Positions 60,103 to 64,000 of a stretch of 64,000 bases of DNA are shown piece by piece. Location: positions 32,001-96,000 of the forward strand of contig JAZDQA010000007.1 in the NCBI GenBank assembly GCA_043797085.1, in the 5' to 3' direction. Every line of letters starts with the position of its first letter. Position 1 is the first letter of the stretch. The stretch comes from Pseudomonadota bacterium. GTDB taxonomy: Bacteria > Campylobacterota > Campylobacteria > Campylobacterales > Sulfurimonadaceae. The notes under the pieces were generated by a model. That model had not been told where the DNA came from and ran no database searches. It was given only the letters and a program-made list of their open reading frames with translations. The position numbers and the translations under genes were made by a program.

Positions 60103-61584
60103 TTAATATTTATAACGCACAAATGCGCGAAATTCTTGAGAATGGTCGAGATTAGGTTCTAATGGATTATCCCAGTAGCATGTTGTATTGGCGCGATAGT
60201 GGTGATCCAGATAGGTATAGCGAATTTGTGCACTCAGATTTTTCCCGACAATCGGGATATTCCAGTATCCTTCATATGCATTACCGCGCGTGGCGATTTT
60301 AGAGCCGATAGTAGAATCTTCAGCCCATGTCATCGGTGTCCAGTACTTACTTCCATAGTTATACTCTAAACCGAAACGCCCTCCGTCGGTGATTTGATCG
60401 GGGAACAAAAAACCTGCCCAGAAGCTGTATCCAGTTTTATTCTCAGCTGAACCTAGCATTCGATAGCCACTTTCAGGATTAGTTGAACTCATTGCCGTAC
60501 TGGCAAAGAGGGTCGATTCTTCTAAAAATTCGTTATCCTCACCTAAGCCATCGAGTTGATACGAGAGTGCAGCTAAATGAGTCGTTCCTGATGCAGTTTT
60601 TATCTCTGTAGTGAGTCCATCTGTTGCGACTTTTTCACCTTTAGAATTCATGATCATGGAGTATTGGGCCATCAGATTATGTTGACCGTCATTGTAGATT
60701 GACATTGGCATAACGATAAAGTCAACTTGATTGTCTTCTGCTGCAGTGTCGATAAAATTTGTCGCAGAGATAGTTCTGCTTGCCGGATCATGGGCACGTC
60801 CGTAGACCACTTTGAGATACGATCCAGGAAATAAGACTTTATCAAAATCAAATTGCATCATGACACCGTCAACTTCCATGTTGGTGATATGGGCTAATGG
60901 TGAGCCCGCAGCATCATCGCTCATCATTTCACGATGGTTAGCCAAAAAGCCATCCGTTGCTGCTCGGCGTCCGGCACTGACGTTCATCGGTACATCCCAG
61001 TCATTTCCAAATTTATAAACAAAATAGGCTTGACGTAAACGGATGTCGACATCATTAGGACGTGAGCTTTCTTGCCAAATTTTATCTTCGGCTACTGATG
61101 TATCCGCACCCCAGTTGTAATAGGCGGCAAGTTGACCGTAGAAGAAAAGATCTTTATTGACTTTTGAACCCATACCTAACCACAAACGGTTGGTGAGTAA
61201 AGAGGGATTAGAATAGCCTTGAGCAGCATTGGTACCATCAGGCGAATAGGCGGTTGCGTATTTATTGGTTCCACTCGCAGGAGCACGTTTTGTTGCATTA
61301 TCAGAATAGCTATATCCTGTATTGTGATAAGCACTTCTAAAATCGATATCCCATTTGATATTGTCATTAGCACTTTGTGCGTTGACTTTGGAGAGCATGT
61401 CACCTTGAGAGATTTGGGTCTCTTGGAGAACGATTTGTGTTTGTTGTGTTGTTCCTTGGGTTTTTTCAAGCTGTTCAATCCGTTGGATCAGTTTTTGGAT
61501 TTGTGCTTGCAGTGCGGCTTCATCGGCGATTAAGTTTCCGGTAAAGAGAGATGCCGCAATAAGTGATAAAGTAATTTTTTTCAT
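60103..61584 (-). CDS. DUF3373-like outer-membrane beta-barrel protein
   Basis: Signal peptide, N-terminal coiled coil (LQAQIQKLIQRIEQLEK), amphipathic beta strands and C-terminal FVRYKY. Confidence 0.7.
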   Translation of the reverse strand: MKKITLSLIAASLFTGNLIADEAALQAQIQKLIQRIEQLEKTQGTTQQTQIVLQETQISQGDMLSKVNAQSANDNIKWDIDFRSAYHNTGYSYSDNATKRAPASGTNKYATAYSPDGTNAAQGYSNPSLLTNRLWLGMGSKVNKDLFFYGQLAAYYNWGADTSVAEDKIWQESSRPNDVDIRLRQAYFVYKFGNDWDVPMNVSAGRRAATDGFLANHREMMSDDAAGSPLAHITNMEVDGVMMQFDFDKVLFPGSYLKVVYGRAHDPASRTISATNFIDTAAEDNQVDFIVMPMSIYNDGQHNLMAQYSMIMNSKGEKVATDGLTTEIKTASGTTHLAALSYQLDGLGEDNEFLEESTLFASTAMSSTNPESGYRMLGSAENKTGYSFWAGFLFPDQITDGGRFGLEYNYGSKYWTPMTWAEDSTIGSKIATRGNAYEGYWNIPIVGKNLSAQIRYTYLDHHYRANTTCYWDNPLEPNLDHSQEFRAFVRYKY

Positions 61585-61638
61585 CTATCTTCCTTGAGTT
61601 ACATTGGTGTTTTCGGGAGGGTTAAGAGGAGAAGATTC

Positions 61639-61658
61639 ACGAAACCCAAAGGCTTCGT
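61639..61658 (-). terminator. Intra-operon hairpin (possible terminator or mRNA stabiliser)
   Basis: ACGAAGCC-TTTG-GGTTTCGT followed by a pyrimidine-rich tail on the minus strand. Confidence 0.45.
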
Positions 61659-61667
61659 AAAAATGAC

Positions 61668-62000
61668 TTAGCACGAAGGAATATTACCGCTGTCGCGTGC
61701 AAAGTCGTGAACGAAATCATATAAATGCGTTTCAATTTTTTTATACTTATCGCTTTCAAAGAACTCTTTACCTGCTGGACATGCTTCGGTCATTTTTTTA
61801 TTTAATGTGCCCGCTTTATAGGCTTTATCCCAATCTGCTTGTTTGTATTTAGCAGCAAATACGCCACCGGTAATCCCACATGTTTCTTTGAGATTTTTTT
61901 GGTAAAGTTTTTTACCTTTTTCTGCATCAGCAGAAGCCGTTGTACTAAAGAGTGTAAGACTAAGAAATGCTGCTAAAGCAATTTTAGAGAATGAATGCAT
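61668..62000 (-). CDS. Secreted small protein with three Cys including a C-terminal Cys (cytochrome c-like start, no CxxCH)
   Basis: Signal peptide ending ASA, then DAEKGKKLY, ETCG, EACP and DSGNIPSC-stop. Confidence 0.75.
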   Translation of the reverse strand: MHSFSKIALAAFLSLTLFSTTASADAEKGKKLYQKNLKETCGITGGVFAAKYKQADWDKAYKAGTLNKKMTEACPAGKEFFESDKYKKIETHLYDFVHDFARDSGNIPSC

Positions 62001-62359
62001 GGTTTTTTTCCTTAAGGAGGTAATTTTATGAGTACCAAAAGATACTCTAATGATTGTCAGCGATGATGATACACTTGGAATGATAAAAATAATATAAAAT
62101 TAACTGTATTATTATCTGACATTATAATTAATAATTTATTCGTCAAATAAATATTTATAATAATTCTATATAATGTATAAAATGGAGTAAAAAAGCATTA
62201 AAATACAAAAAACTATACTGTGTAAAAAAGTAACACTACTCAGCTTTATTAAAATTTTAGTCTAAATTATAAGGATTAAATTAAGGATGTGATAGCATTG
62301 TGACGTAATAGGATTATAATCGTCTTTTATGGAATTTGAGTAATAGGTAGGGAGAAAGT

Positions 62360-63829
62360 ATGGCAAGATTAGTTGTTTTAGGCGGCGGTGTCGCTGGACA
62401 CACAGCAGCAACATTCGCAGCAGATTGGCTTGGAAGTGATCATGAGGTAGTCGTGGTCACTCCAAATGCAAAATGGAATTGGATTCCTTCAAATATTTGG
62501 GTTGGCGTCGGTCAAATGTCTAAAGAAGAGGTCACTTTTGATCTTGATCCTGTTTACAAAAAAGCAGGGATTACGTATAAACAAGCCAAAGCAGTAAGTC
62601 TTAATCCTGAGGGAAATGCTTCTGGTGACAAACCTTTTGTTACGATCGAGTATACAGGTCAGGGTAAAGCGGGTAAAAGCGAAGAGGTAACATATGATTA
62701 TCTCATCAATGCAACAGGACCAAAGCTAAACTTTGGAGCAACTCCTGGCTTGGGCGAGGGTTCATCATTGGGTGAGCACACTGTTTCAGTATGTACAGCA
62801 GATCACGCAGAACATGCATCTCATGAACTTATGAAATGCATAGAAAAAATGAAAAAAGGGGAACATCAAAAATTCCTCATCGGTACGGGTCACGGTATGT
62901 GTACATGTCAGGGTGCAGCGTTTGAATATATCTTCAACATTGAACATGAACTCAACAAAGCTGGCGTCCGAGATAAGGCTGAGATCAAATGGATCTCAAA
63001 TGAATCATTTTTAGGTGACTTCGGTATGGGCGGATTGCACATGAAAGTGGGCGGTTACGTTGTCAGTTCACGTATCTTTACTGAGTCATTGTTTGCTGAG
63101 CGCGGTGTTGATTATATTACCGGTGCGCACGTGAACAAAGTTGAAAAAGGGAAAGTCACCTACGAACTTCTTGATGGTTCTATGGGTGAAGAGACATTTG
63201 ACTTTTCAATGCTGATTCCACCGTTTGCAGGGGTTGGTCTAAAAGCGTACAACAAAGCAGGGGATGACATTACCGATACGGTATTCGCTCCAAACGGCTT
63301 TATGAAAGTCGATGCGAACTATACTCCTAAACCATACGAAGAGTGGAAAGCATCTGATTGGCCTCGTACCTATCAAAATCCTACCTATAAAAATCTTTTT
63401 GCAGCAGGAATTGCATTTGCACCTCCTCACATCATCTCTAAACCTGCAAAATCACCAAACGGTACAGTGATTAATCCAACTCCTCCACGTACAGGTATGC
63501 CAAGTGGTATTATCGGTAAAGCAGTGGCTCACAGTGTTTGTTCATTGATTAAAGATGGTGAAGGTGCTCATTTGCATGAAGCATCTATGGCAGAAATGGG
63601 TGCGGCATGTGTTGCATCAGCAGGTAAAGGTTGGTTAGACGGACAAGCGGCTGCAATGACTGTTTTCCCTGTTGTTCCTGACTTTGATAAATATCCGGGA
63701 ACGGGGCGCGATACCGATTATACCTTTGGTGAGATTGGTTTAGCAGGTCATTGGATTAAGCATATTCTTCACTATTTGTTTATGTACAAAGCGAAGCTAA
63801 AACCGTTCTGGAAAGTAATTCCGGAATAA
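62360..63829 (+). CDS. sqr: Type IV sulfide:quinone oxidoreductase (SqrD-like)
   Basis: LGGGVAGHTAA, SVCT, GHGMCTCQGAAFEY, PPRTGMPSG and ACVAS. Confidence 0.88.
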   Translation: MARLVVLGGGVAGHTAATFAADWLGSDHEVVVVTPNAKWNWIPSNIWVGVGQMSKEEVTFDLDPVYKKAGITYKQAKAVSLNPEGNASGDKPFVTIEYTGQGKAGKSEEVTYDYLINATGPKLNFGATPGLGEGSSLGEHTVSVCTADHAEHASHELMKCIEKMKKGEHQKFLIGTGHGMCTCQGAAFEYIFNIEHELNKAGVRDKAEIKWISNESFLGDFGMGGLHMKVGGYVVSSRIFTESLFAERGVDYITGAHVNKVEKGKVTYELLDGSMGEETFDFSMLIPPFAGVGLKAYNKAGDDITDTVFAPNGFMKVDANYTPKPYEEWKASDWPRTYQNPTYKNLFAAGIAFAPPHIISKPAKSPNGTVINPTPPRTGMPSGIIGKAVAHSVCSLIKDGEGAHLHEASMAEMGAACVASAGKGWLDGQAAAMTVFPVVPDFDKYPGTGRDTDYTFGEIGLAGHWIKHILHYLFMYKAKLKPFWKVIPE

Positions 63830-63864
63830 ACCATCTATATTTAAAAAATACTAAGGAAATAATT

Positions 63865-64000
63865 ATGGCAGTAAAACCTGAAGAATTTAATTTTGCAAAA
63901 AATGATAAATTCAATAATGCAATGATCCCGGGAAAATTCGCTCGAGCTATGCGTACGTGCAAGATTTGGCAGTTTATCCGTTTTGTAATCATTAACCTCA
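63865..64000 (+). CDS. Small protein downstream of sqrD (SqrX-like), truncated by the window edge
   Basis: Absent from the ORF track. AAGGA RBS; MAVKPEEFNFAKNDKFNNAMIPGKFARAMRTCKIWQFIRFVIINL.. Confidence 0.6.
   Translation, partial: MAVKPEEFNFAKNDKFNNAMIPGKFARAMRTCKIWQFIRFVIINL

Noticed and set aside
61668..62000. Calling this a c-type cytochrome
   Set aside because: There is no CxxCH heme-binding motif despite the 'KGKKLY' cytochrome-like start.

Overview
This 64-kb window is a chromosomal energy-metabolism region from a sulfur- and hydrogen-oxidising Campylobacterota (Sulfuricurvum/Sulfurimonas-like; inferred from gene content and protein style). In order it holds: a truncated GH13 glucan enzyme; c-di-GMP genes; an assimilatory sulfate reduction operon (cysK-DUF2061-cysH-cysD-cysN-sir-desulfurase-cobA); an atypical response regulator; a TetR gene with a group 2-type [NiFe]-hydrogenase; the group 1b hydABC-hydE-hypF cluster with two proteases; a CheB/CheR plus GGDEF-EAL pair; an IS1595-like transposase derivative; a Ni permease with hypBCD-(CHAD, SixA, VF530)-hypE-hoxX-hypA; four sulfide:quinone oxidoreductase (SQR) homologues; a PAS+MCP taxis pair; pepN; katG; a pentaheme cytochrome; and a cytochrome bd operon with NifX-like and DUF134 genes. 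I saw no rRNA, tRNA or CRISPR array. The best leads are: (1) an 18-19-nt micro-hairpin (GTGCCC-N4-GGGTR) inserted inside several different intergenic repeats, with a filled/empty site pair visible in the window; (2) a TGAAT-N4-RTTCA palindrome at the promoters of tetR, hydA, the Ni/hyp operon, cysK and a pseudo-response regulator; (3) an operon of a secreted C-terminal-Cys protein, an outer-membrane barrel and a Tat-exported SQR, a candidate sulfur import/oxidation module; and (4) an intact but catalytically degenerate transposase divergent from the hyp operon. All family assignments come from motif recognition, not database searches.
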